Shown here: one piece after another, positions 29,598 to 37,136 of the stretch
How the letters are laid out: each line of letters starts with the position of its first letter
Position numbering within the stretch: the first letter of the stretch is position 1
IMG/VR virus record: IMGVR_UViG_3300045988_036893
Location: 1-40,343 of that record
Length of the DNA stretch: 40,343 nt
Reading direction: 5' to 3' (one strand)
DNA from: a virus
The notes under the pieces: generated by a model
Told to the model about the DNA's origin: nothing
What the model saw: only the letters and a program-made list of their open reading frames with translations
Databases searched by the model: none
Translations under genes and position numbers: made by a program

Positions 29598-29636
29598 AAA
29601 AGAAAAAAGGGCGCGGCCGCAAAAGCAGCCGTGCCC
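29598..29636 (-). terminator. terminator 1 of a tandem pair ending the late/lysis operon
   Basis: Minus strand reads GGGCACGGCTGC-TTTT-GCGGCCGCGCCC followed by TTTTTTCTTTTG. Confidence 0.7.
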
Positions 29637-29642
29637 TTTAAA

Positions 29643-29807
29643 TCAGCCTATTTTGTTTTTGATACTGTGTACGCGCCGTTTTACCGTGCGCTCGCTACAA
29701 TTTAATTCTGCCGCAATATCAGCATTGCGCCAGCCGCGCCGCCGAAGCTGCAAAACATCCGTTTCTTCATCGGTCAGCAAACCGCCGACAAAATCAAACT
29801 TTGGCAT
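29643..29807 (-). CDS. stand-alone GerE/LuxR-type HTH protein (54 aa)
   Basis: It is not in the track. MPKFDFVGGLLTDEETDVLQLRRRGWRNADIAAELNCSERTVKRRVHSIKNKIG matches the GerE/sigma region-4 pattern. Confidence 0.6.
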   Translation of the reverse strand: MPKFDFVGGLLTDEETDVLQLRRRGWRNADIAAELNCSERTVKRRVHSIKNKIG

Positions 29808-29809
29808 GA

Positions 29810-30004
29810 TTACTCATCCTTCTTGTTCTTGCTTTCGGTCTGCGTGCCAAAATAAAAGGCCACGACCATTGTTACAATGGTCATAACCGTATCAGGCTGT
29901 AATTCGCTCTGCAATGCCAGCACCGCAAAAACCGCAACTACCACCAGCGTCACAATGGTTTTTACCTTGATAAGCGCTGCCAGATTTTTCAAAAAATCGC
30001 CCAT
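29810..30004 (-). CDS. holin (64 aa, two TM segments, charged C-terminus)
   Basis: It has TM segments TIVTLVVVAVFAVLAL and VMTIVTMVVAFYFG and the tail ESKNKKDE. It lies downstream of the endolysin. Confidence 0.7.
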   Translation of the reverse strand: MGDFLKNLAALIKVKTIVTLVVVAVFAVLALQSELQPDTVMTIVTMVVAFYFGTQTESKNKKDE

Positions 30005-30085
30005 AGATATACACCTTCTTTCAGTCTGTTCAAGTTTAATTTCTGTTTCAAATTAGTTTTAAAACGCGCGTGTTTTAATTGCGCG

Positions 30086-30100
30086 GCAAATTGCGTGTAA
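30086..30100 (-). promoter_or_regulatory. second copy of the 15-mer GCAAATTGCGTGTAA (candidate late regulatory site)
   Basis: It is an exact match to 9906-9920 in the AT-rich gap upstream of the holin. GTTTTAAAA follows 20-23 nt downstream (minus sense) in both copies. Confidence 0.45.
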
Positions 30101-30165
30101 ATTAAATTATGGCGAATTACCGTAGTTTAAATTGCGCGTTTTAATATTTGCTGCAATTCAGCAAG

Positions 30166-30417
30166 TTACTTGCCGTCCAGATCGTGCAACCGCTGCTCGT
30201 GGTTCTGCAAAACTTTGTCCTGCTCGGTATTGTGCTCCCACAACCGGCGGTGGCTTTCGGTGTTGTTGCTGTCCAGCGTTTCTACTTTCTTCATCACACT
30301 TTCCAACAACGTTTTTAGTTCGGTAATGCTGGCGTTCAGTTTCAAAAGCGGGGTGGTTACAGTTATAACCAGCCCCACAATCACAACAATGTCCTTAAAG
30401 ATTACCCATTCATCCAT
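30166..30417 (-). CDS. membrane-anchored coiled-coil protein (83 aa), lysis-cassette associated
   Basis: It has the N-terminal TM IVVIVGLVITVTTPLL followed by a coiled coil. It lies between the endolysin and the holin. Confidence 0.6.
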   Translation of the reverse strand: MDEWVIFKDIVVIVGLVITVTTPLLKLNASITELKTLLESVMKKVETLDSNNTESHRRLWEHNTEQDKVLQNHEQRLHDLDGK

Positions 30418-30437
30418 GTTTCACTTCCCGCCCGGGC

Positions 30438-31682
30438 TCATGCCCACTCGCTTCTATACAGCCCGGCATCCGTCAAGCCACGTTCCTTGCACAGCAAATA
30501 AATCGCATCTGCGTCTCCCTGCGTAACCGGCCCTACCGTGATGACCTGCAGCTTGCTTGCGGGCTTGTCCACTGCTGGCAGGGCCTTGACCAGATGGTTC
30601 AAATCAACCACGCCGGTGATGCCTGCGACGCTGCCCTGCCCGTATTGGTGGATGTAGCGCGGCAGCGTCTTATCGTAGTTGGTGCGCGTATCGGCCAGCC
30701 AGCCGATATAATCCTCGCACATATAAGCGTAGTCGATATTCGTGCTCGCGAACGACGTGAAGGTGTAGACGCCTGCCGTAAATCCGTGCGCTTTGGCCTT
30801 ATCGCAAAATGCCATTGCGATTGCCGTGCGCTGGTCTTTCGTCAGGTTGTCCGCGCGGCCATCATGTATGCCAGCATCGGTCGTATGCCCCCATTCGCTG
30901 TCGAAAAACAGCGGGTAGCCAGCTGGTGCAATGCTTGCGCAGAAGTCTGCTTCCTCGCGGGCTTCGTCCACTGTGACTGCCTGAGAGAAGAAATAAAAGC
31001 CGAACAGCTTCCCGTTCGCTTTCGCCCCTGCAAGGTTGGCATCGTACTGCTCGTCCTTCATCAGCTTTCCGCTGCCGTAGCCGCGATACCCGATGCGAAC
31101 AATGGCGCGGTAGGGAACACTCGCCCAGTCGATAGCGCCCTGGTGGTGGGATACATCAATCAGTACTTCCTCACCGCTTGTCTGCGCAGGCTGGTCGCCG
31201 TAGGTTCCTACCTCATTCGGGCAGCCCGCATACGCCGTCAGGTCAAGTCCCTTGCCGGTGGCAGTGGCACGCACCTCGAAATGGCAGTGCTTGTAGGGCG
31301 GGTCTGCCAACGCGGCATTGCCGGTGTTGCCCATAACGGCCAGCGCATCGCCGCTCTTGACTCTCTGGCCTGCCTTAACCAGCAGGCTGGCGCAGTGGCA
31401 GAAGTACAGGTAGTTGACGGCATCCGGCGTCTGGTTTGTGTCCAGCTGGACACAGACGTAATATCCCCACTCCCACGTCGCATTGCTTTTGTCGGTCACA
31501 ATCCGCGCCCGGGTCACCGTGCCGGAAATGCTCTTGCCCTTGTAGGTGGGCATGTAAATGGTCTCATCGTCCAGCGCTTCCAGATCAATGCCGCCGTGCC
31601 ACGTCTTGCCGCCGCCCCGGGTGTATCCGTACCGGGCGTAGTTGTACCGCACTCGAAATCGTCCTTTAAAAATTCCTGTCAA
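30438..31682 (-). CDS. bifunctional endolysin: M23 peptidase + GH25 muramidase
   Basis: TTG start at 31682 follows GAGGTGA. The M23 motifs are WHGGIDL and GNTGN...HCHFEV. The GH25 motifs are IDVSHHQGAIDW, GFYFFS and FFDSEW. Confidence 0.85.
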   Translation of the reverse strand: MTGIFKGRFRVRYNYARYGYTRGGGKTWHGGIDLEALDDETIYMPTYKGKSISGTVTRARIVTDKSNATWEWGYYVCVQLDTNQTPDAVNYLYFCHCASLLVKAGQRVKSGDALAVMGNTGNAALADPPYKHCHFEVRATATGKGLDLTAYAGCPNEVGTYGDQPAQTSGEEVLIDVSHHQGAIDWASVPYRAIVRIGYRGYGSGKLMKDEQYDANLAGAKANGKLFGFYFFSQAVTVDEAREEADFCASIAPAGYPLFFDSEWGHTTDAGIHDGRADNLTKDQRTAIAMAFCDKAKAHGFTAGVYTFTSFASTNIDYAYMCEDYIGWLADTRTNYDKTLPRYIHQYGQGSVAGITGVVDLNHLVKALPAVDKPASKLQVITVGPVTQGDADAIYLLCKERGLTDAGLYRSEWA

Positions 31683-31789
31683 GGTATCACCTCATCATTA
31701 TTCATCACCAGCAGGCGGCACAGGCCACTCCACCGCGTAGGGCCTGCCGGTAGGTCTTTCAGTCGGACTTCACCGTTTGAAAGTCTCAT
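31679..31789 (-). CDS. micro-ORF (36 aa) translationally coupled to the endolysin
   Basis: It is not in the track. It has an AAAGGA RBS, and its TGA overlaps the endolysin TTG (TTGA). Confidence 0.35.
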   Translation of the reverse strand: MRLSNGEVRLKDLPAGPTRWSGLCRLLVMNNDEVIP

Positions 31790-31831
31790 GGCTTGTTGTC
31801 CTTTCTGTTTGTTGGTCAGCTAAAGCTTCCT

Positions 31832-32071
31832 TTAACTAACTGTTTCGGCATCCTCGGTAGGCTCGTCTGTTTTGCTGTCTTCAGCGTCCAGAGCGTCGTA
31901 GTACGCCTGTGCCAGAGTCTCCACTTCTGCGATGTCGTCCTCCGTCAGCAGGCCACTGTCCAGATGAGTGTACGCCTTGTCCAACCAGTATGCCACATCG
32001 CGTCCTGCGGCGATTTCCCGCTTGATGGAGCGCAAGGTCAGGTCGTGCCGTGCTTTACTTTTGATAGCCAT
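31832..32071 (-). CDS. hypothetical acidic protein (79 aa)
   Basis: It has an AAAGGAG RBS and lies after the tail fiber gene. Confidence 0.6.
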   Translation of the reverse strand: MAIKSKARHDLTLRSIKREIAAGRDVAYWLDKAYTHLDSGLLTEDDIAEVETLAQAYYDALDAEDSKTDEPTEDAETVS

Positions 32072-32085
32072 AATGTATATCTCCT

Positions 32086-34233
32086 TTAAGTGGTAGTCAT
32101 GGACGCGATAGCGTCCTCAAGATTTTTTACGACAAGATTCACATCCCGTTGGTAGTCCAGCTTGATGCCTGCTCCGTCGCTCGCTTGCACCACGGTGTCG
32201 GGGCCGTAAGCGGTGAGGGCTTTGTAAGCGGCAATTTCAGCAGGGGTGAGCGGGGTTTCGATGGGAGCGTCGAGAACGTAGAATAAAATGTATTCTCCTT
32301 CTTCCGGGTTTTTAGCGCCGATGGGAATAAAAACCTGCGCGGCAAATGTGTCTACATAAAAGTGCGGTGTATCTTCGGTAAACGAAACAATGAATTTCAA
32401 TTTGTTGCATAGGGCTTTTGCTTTATAATCACGACCCTCGAGTGGCAACAGAATCGCAAGTCGTTTTGTTACCACAAGATTAGTGGTACCCGAAATTGCA
32501 CATGTTGACAAGTCTACAATGTTCACCCTCTGCACCTTCACCCCTCTCTCCAAGTCTACCTCGTCGCACACCCACTGCTGGCCGCTTTGGTCAGTGTAGT
32601 TGCCACCAGAGGTGACAGGGATGCCGGGTAAGCCGTTGGGTGTGGGCAGTGTGAGGATCTGTTCACGGTAGGGTTCATAATCGGGAGATGATGCGTTCCA
32701 CGTCAGGCACACGTTTTCACTAGCCGTATCGTTTAACAAATACTGAAACTTTGTTGCGTTTGCTTTAAACGTTACATGATGTTCAGCCTTACCAGCGTCA
32801 ATACCAAACAAAAGGTTTTCATTGTTTTCGCCAATGAATAAGATGTTTCCGCCTTGCGAAACAACACCGCCTTTGAATACTAAAGTTATCGGTGTGTTTT
32901 TCTCGATAAAGCACTCGACAAAGCTACCTCTGTTCAGGTTGGGTGGCATCCGATTCTTCCCCGTCACCCTCACCACCACGCTCCCGTCATCCCCTGCGCT
33001 TACAATTGGCACAGGGCTATCGGGGCTGGGGGTTCCGTCCTGCATGCTCTTTCCGTACACGGACAGGCCGCACAGCGGGGCGGAATATGCGTCATTACAG
33101 CTTATCGGGTTGCCTGTCTCACTGCCAACAAGCACATTCTGGTGCTTCTTCAGCGCAGCAGTATCTTCCTTTAGCTGACTAACCGCCTCCTTGTTCTCGG
33201 AAATTTGTGTCATAGAATCCTTGATGCTGTTGGCAGTGTTGTTGGCATTATCCGCCGACTTTTTAGCCGCCGCCGCGCTCTCAGCAGCGCTGTTCGCGGA
33301 TTTCGCTGCATTTTTCTCACTGTCCGCTGCTGCTGTGGCTGATTTTGCAGCAGCATTGGCATAGCCACTTGCGGCATCTTTTGCTGCGTTAGCATCGTGC
33401 AGGGCGTTTTCCGAGCCCGTTTTTGCTTCAAGCGCCTTTTTTGCTGCGTCCTCTGCTCCCTGCTTGGCAGTTTCAGCCGCCTCTGCACTCTGTGCGGCCT
33501 CGCCAGCACTGGTTCTGGAAGCCTTAGCGGCACTGCCGGCCGCGTCAGCAGCTTGTCCAGCGGCACCCGCTGCATCAGCGGCTGTCTGAGCAGCATTTTC
33601 GGCGCTGCCCTGTGCGGTCTGAGCTGCTTTGGCGCTTTCGTTGGCCGCACTGGCGGATGATGCGGACTCTTCTGCCTTGCCCGCCGCGCTCTCGCTGGAT
33701 GCTGCCGCATCCTCAGCGCTCTTCTTGGCTGCCGCTGCACTGGCAGCAGCGCCGCCCGCTCCCTCGCCCGCCTTTTTGGCCGCGTCCTCCGCGGCTTGGC
33801 GGGCGTTCTCGGCGGCTTTCTGCGCTGCCGTAGCGATACTTACAGCATGATTGGAGTTTTCCAAAATCTGCTGCACAACATCCGGCGTCGGCGTGCCTGG
33901 GTTGTCTCCATCGATGTCAGAGTGCGGCTTGATATTGTATCCCATGTCCACAGTAATGCGCTGCACGTTTTCCGCAAGCCCAACAAAAACAATTCTGCCG
34001 ACGTCTGCCTGCTTCGCCGTAGCTTCCGGCGGTACGGCAAGCATACCGTCTGCCCCAACAACAACCTTTGTAGCAGTCCCGTTCGGCGCGTGGAATACGG
34101 CCAGAATGTCAAGCCCCGCCCATTCATCATCTGCCGTAACGTGGATTTTCTCAATGCCGTAGCTGTCAAAAGTTCCAAGCTGCAGGGAGCTCGGCTTTAC
34201 GTTGTACCCATGCAGCACTACTTCATGCGTCAT
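32086..34233 (-). CDS. tail fiber protein with long Ala-rich coiled-coil stalk and C-terminal receptor-binding region
   Basis: It is 715 aa. About 200 aa are A/S/E/K-rich heptad-like sequence (AAxxAAxxA), as is typical of fiber shafts. Confidence 0.75.
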   Translation of the reverse strand: MTHEVVLHGYNVKPSSLQLGTFDSYGIEKIHVTADDEWAGLDILAVFHAPNGTATKVVVGADGMLAVPPEATAKQADVGRIVFVGLAENVQRITVDMGYNIKPHSDIDGDNPGTPTPDVVQQILENSNHAVSIATAAQKAAENARQAAEDAAKKAGEGAGGAAASAAAAKKSAEDAAASSESAAGKAEESASSASAANESAKAAQTAQGSAENAAQTAADAAGAAGQAADAAGSAAKASRTSAGEAAQSAEAAETAKQGAEDAAKKALEAKTGSENALHDANAAKDAASGYANAAAKSATAAADSEKNAAKSANSAAESAAAAKKSADNANNTANSIKDSMTQISENKEAVSQLKEDTAALKKHQNVLVGSETGNPISCNDAYSAPLCGLSVYGKSMQDGTPSPDSPVPIVSAGDDGSVVVRVTGKNRMPPNLNRGSFVECFIEKNTPITLVFKGGVVSQGGNILFIGENNENLLFGIDAGKAEHHVTFKANATKFQYLLNDTASENVCLTWNASSPDYEPYREQILTLPTPNGLPGIPVTSGGNYTDQSGQQWVCDEVDLERGVKVQRVNIVDLSTCAISGTTNLVVTKRLAILLPLEGRDYKAKALCNKLKFIVSFTEDTPHFYVDTFAAQVFIPIGAKNPEEGEYILFYVLDAPIETPLTPAEIAAYKALTAYGPDTVVQASDGAGIKLDYQRDVNLVVKNLEDAIASMTTT

Positions 34234-34334
34234 GCTCCCTCCATCTCTGCCCTTACGGCCTCACGCCATTTCTCCGGCACATTGTCCAACGTAATCAGCC
34301 CGCGCCGGATGCAGCAGATATAAAACTGTACCAT
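34230..34334 (-). CDS. XkdX-like small tail-module protein (34 aa)
   Basis: ATG at 34334 follows GGAGGTGA. The segment IRRGLITLDNVPEKWREAV resembles the XkdX-type pattern. Confidence 0.5.
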   Translation of the reverse strand: MVQFYICCIRRGLITLDNVPEKWREAVRAEMEGA

Positions 34335-34335
34335 A

Positions 34336-34653
34336 TCATTCACCTCCGGCCAGCATCTGAGCCAGCTCCAAAATGGCCGCCGCGTTGGCGTCCACCTGTT
34401 CCTGCAGCGTGGGTTTTTCCCGCTCGGCCAGTTCCTCTGCCGTGTAAGCGTGGTAGAACTGGCAGTCCTCGTACACGTCATGGGCAGGAATGATGCGCAT
34501 AAGCCCCTGCGGGTCGTCCTCGGTGACAGTGCCCTGCATCACTTCCCGGCTCTCCGGCACATGCTCGGCAACCTGCCTGGCGGTGTAGAGATAACCGGCG
34601 GACAGGTCGGGAGAGGTCAGCTCTTCGTTGGTGATTTCGTCGTAGATTTTCAT
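34336..34653 (-). CDS. hypothetical tail-module protein (105 aa)
   Basis: ATG at 34653 follows AAGGAG. Confidence 0.6.
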   Translation of the reverse strand: MKIYDEITNEELTSPDLSAGYLYTARQVAEHVPESREVMQGTVTEDDPQGLMRIIPAHDVYEDCQFYHAYTAEELAEREKPTLQEQVDANAAAILELAQMLAGGE

Positions 34654-34664
34654 ATCGCATCTCC

Positions 34665-35060
34665 TTACGACCAACTTTTACCAGGTAGCGGATAAAAAAT
34701 TTTTTCCAAAAAAACTGTCGTGTCGCTGTTGACGTTGTAGCTTGCCAAAGTATCTCCAGCGGAATATGTGGAGCCGCTAGAATCCTTTGCGTCTTGTAAG
34801 ATATATACATACACATCAGCGGCAACCGTTTGCACTTTAAAAAGATTATTTACAGTCCAAGTTTTGGGATCAGTAAAATACGGGCCGCTACTTAAATATA
34901 GATTTTCTGCTTTAACGGTCTTGTCTTTATAGGCTCGTACGCTGGCAATTGGCATGGCTTCATGCTTGTGCCCTCGCACAAAAATGCTTGCAAATTCTTT
35001 TATTCCGCCGCCCGGAATCCTAGGTGCCACACCCATCAGCAGCCACCCCGCGCAGCACAT
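34665..35060 (-). CDS. low-GC insert gene in the fiber module (131-aa ORF; true start probably 35113 in another frame)
   Basis: There is no RBS at 35060. A strong GGAGG-6 nt-ATG at 35113 opens a 25-codon ORF in the frame one nucleotide off. The composition is visibly AT-richer. Confidence 0.5.
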   Translation of the reverse strand: MCCAGWLLMGVAPRIPGGGIKEFASIFVRGHKHEAMPIASVRAYKDKTVKAENLYLSSGPYFTDPKTWTVNNLFKVQTVAADVYVYILQDAKDSSGSTYSAGDTLASYNVNSDTTVFLEKIFYPLPGKSWS

Positions 35061-35125
35061 GCCGCAGATTTCTTACGGGGGAGAGTAAAAATACATACAA
35101 ACGAATGTTTCATGCTAAACCTCCA

Positions 35126-36121
35126 TCAGCTTTGAATGACCCACCGCGCCCGGATTTCGGCGGTGGGCTTTTTTTTCACCTTAACCAGCACTGAATTGTA
35201 CGCCGTGACCGTCACGCCGTCGTTGATGATGTCCTGCACTTCATTCAGCACATCATCGGTAGCTGGCACCCCGGTCTTGTCGTAGCCGATGCCGGACAAA
35301 AACTCGCTGGCAGCCGTCACCACCGGCGCATGGCTGTTCGCGCAGGTCAGCGTAGCCGTCTGCTGGTACAGCAGGTCTTTGGCCTGGTCGGCGCTGCTGC
35401 AGGCCGTCCACCCGTTCAGCGTAAGCCTGGCGTAGTAGATGTTGGAGACCTTGTCGATCGCCTTGAAAATATCGGTCTGCCGCCCCTGCGGGTCATAGGT
35501 CGATCGCATCATCGTAGCCGTTCCAGCATGCAGCTGATCTAGCTCAGTTTTAATTTGGGTAAGAAAAGCAGCAAATTGTTCTTGCATTACCTTGGTATCA
35601 ACGCTTACCCAGTCAGTTACAAGCCCGCATACTGTGCTGTCAAGTCGTTCATCGGTAATATTGGCCGACGTGATTTTGCTTGCTGCCGCAGGAATTGCAA
35701 TCTGTGCAAGAGAAATCTGCCGCAACAGACTATTGTTTGTCAGTGCCGGTGCAACAGGTGTAGAAGCCGCCGTACCTTTCAGCACTTCAATGCGCGGTTT
35801 TGCTGCATAGTCTACTGTGTCCCAACTCACAACAATACGGTCAATACGCGGCGATACAGCATTTGCCAGCGGGATTGTCAGCTGTAACTCGCTGCCGGTC
35901 TGTTCTTTGGTATCATTCCAAAAAACCGTACCGTCTGCTTTGTCGTTCGCAAGCCAACCAACACCATCCGATACCCTTACCGTCATATTGCCGTTTGCAG
36001 TAACACTTAAATTGCCATCCGCGCCAAACACGCCGCTTGTACGCCCGTGCAGCCACTTCATGACATTTTGTGCCCCGATGTATTCGTCAACATTATTCGG
36101 GAAATTTTTAATTTCTGCCAC
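35126..36121 (-). CDS. tail fiber / baseplate structural protein (BppU-like by position)
   Basis: It is 331 aa with a GTG start after GAGGTGA. It follows the Tal-like gene. Confidence 0.6.
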   Translation of the reverse strand: MAEIKNFPNNVDEYIGAQNVMKWLHGRTSGVFGADGNLSVTANGNMTVRVSDGVGWLANDKADGTVFWNDTKEQTGSELQLTIPLANAVSPRIDRIVVSWDTVDYAAKPRIEVLKGTAASTPVAPALTNNSLLRQISLAQIAIPAAASKITSANITDERLDSTVCGLVTDWVSVDTKVMQEQFAAFLTQIKTELDQLHAGTATMMRSTYDPQGRQTDIFKAIDKVSNIYYARLTLNGWTACSSADQAKDLLYQQTATLTCANSHAPVVTAASEFLSGIGYDKTGVPATDDVLNEVQDIINDGVTVTAYNSVLVKVKKKPTAEIRARWVIQS

Positions 36122-36125
36122 TGTC

Positions 36126-37136
36126 TCACCTCAACACTGTTAAAATCGTGTCGCCAATAACCAGCTTGACGCTCGACCCGTTTGCATCCTGTGAATACTT
36201 TGCCGCCGTTATTCTTGCCTTGTACTTTACGCCCAGCCGCAAAGAAACGCACCAAACCAAATCTCCGACATTATATGCCGTGCCCAGTTCATCGCCGTCC
36301 GCGTCAATGTCAAATCCGTTTCGGTTCAAATGGCTACCTAGCTGCAACGCTGCATACTGCTTAACGCGCGTCTGAAACGCAGCGTTTGTCTCGCCATCCT
36401 GCTGTGCGTCTCCGCTGAACCGCGCCCATAGTTCGCGCCGTTCCGCATCGCTGGCCGTGCCAGCCTGCACCACAAACTTTGTACCGTCTTTGTACTGCGC
36501 TTCACAGTAGCACACATTTTTGTATTCAGAAATATCCTTGTCAACTACCAGCCCTGGCGCAGTTCCGCGTTCCTGCACAAACAGGACCGCGTTTAATCCC
36601 TCTGTACGGTCAACGCCCTTATACAATTCAAACGTTTCCGTTTTGGATCTGTAGTCCAAAACCATCCTGTTTCCAATCTCGGCATCTGTCAAAATCGGCT
36701 GTATGCAGTTTAACAGTTCATCCCCGTACACCTCTGTTGCTTTCACGGTTTCTGTCAAGCCTTTTTCCTTCGCCAGCAGTACAGGCAGCCCGCGCAGGTT
36801 GGCAGTAATAACGCTGTATACATCTGTTTCCACGTTGGCAATGCTGGCAGTTGCCGCAATAACACGCCGGTTCAGTTTGTTGTTCAGGCTGTAACCGTTC
36901 AACGTGATTTCGCTGTTGTCGCAATCAAACTGTATTTCTTCCACAGTATACGCAAGTCTTCGCTCTACAATGTACAAAACAGCATCCAGCTCCACTATCC
37001 CGATGTTGTACTCATCCATCGGCAAAACTATCGTAAATTTTCCAACATCGTTATAGTAGTCGCTGAATTCGCTGCTGATCGCGTGCGTGATTTCGTGTCG
37101 GTTGCTAAGGTCGGGGGAGAACAGCTCTAATCTCAT
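36126..37136 (-). CDS. tail-associated protein (Tal position; Siphovirus Gp37-like)
   Basis: It is 336 aa with ATGA overlap with Dit. It follows the canonical TMP-Dit-Tal order. Confidence 0.65.
   Translation of the reverse strand: MRLELFSPDLSNRHEITHAISSEFSDYYNDVGKFTIVLPMDEYNIGIVELDAVLYIVERRLAYTVEEIQFDCDNSEITLNGYSLNNKLNRRVIAATASIANVETDVYSVITANLRGLPVLLAKEKGLTETVKATEVYGDELLNCIQPILTDAEIGNRMVLDYRSKTETFELYKGVDRTEGLNAVLFVQERGTAPGLVVDKDISEYKNVCYCEAQYKDGTKFVVQAGTASDAERRELWARFSGDAQQDGETNAAFQTRVKQYAALQLGSHLNRNGFDIDADGDELGTAYNVGDLVWCVSLRLGVKYKARITAAKYSQDANGSSVKLVIGDTILTVLR

Noticed and set aside
30594-31823. A 409-aa plus-strand ORF.
   Set aside because: It is the antisense shadow of the endolysin gene, which carries clear M23 and GH25 motifs.
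33210-33850. Multiple alternative-frame ORFs on both strands inside the tail fiber gene (176, 87, 73, 73 aa).
   Set aside because: They arise from the GC-rich Ala-codon repeat tract of the fiber shaft. Their translations are Arg/Pro/Ala runs, and they are fully nested in the 715-aa frame.
32086-34233. Whether a diversity-generating retroelement targets the fiber gene.
   Set aside because: There is no reverse transcriptase gene in the genome. I could not find a template-repeat/variable-repeat pair matching the fiber 3' end.
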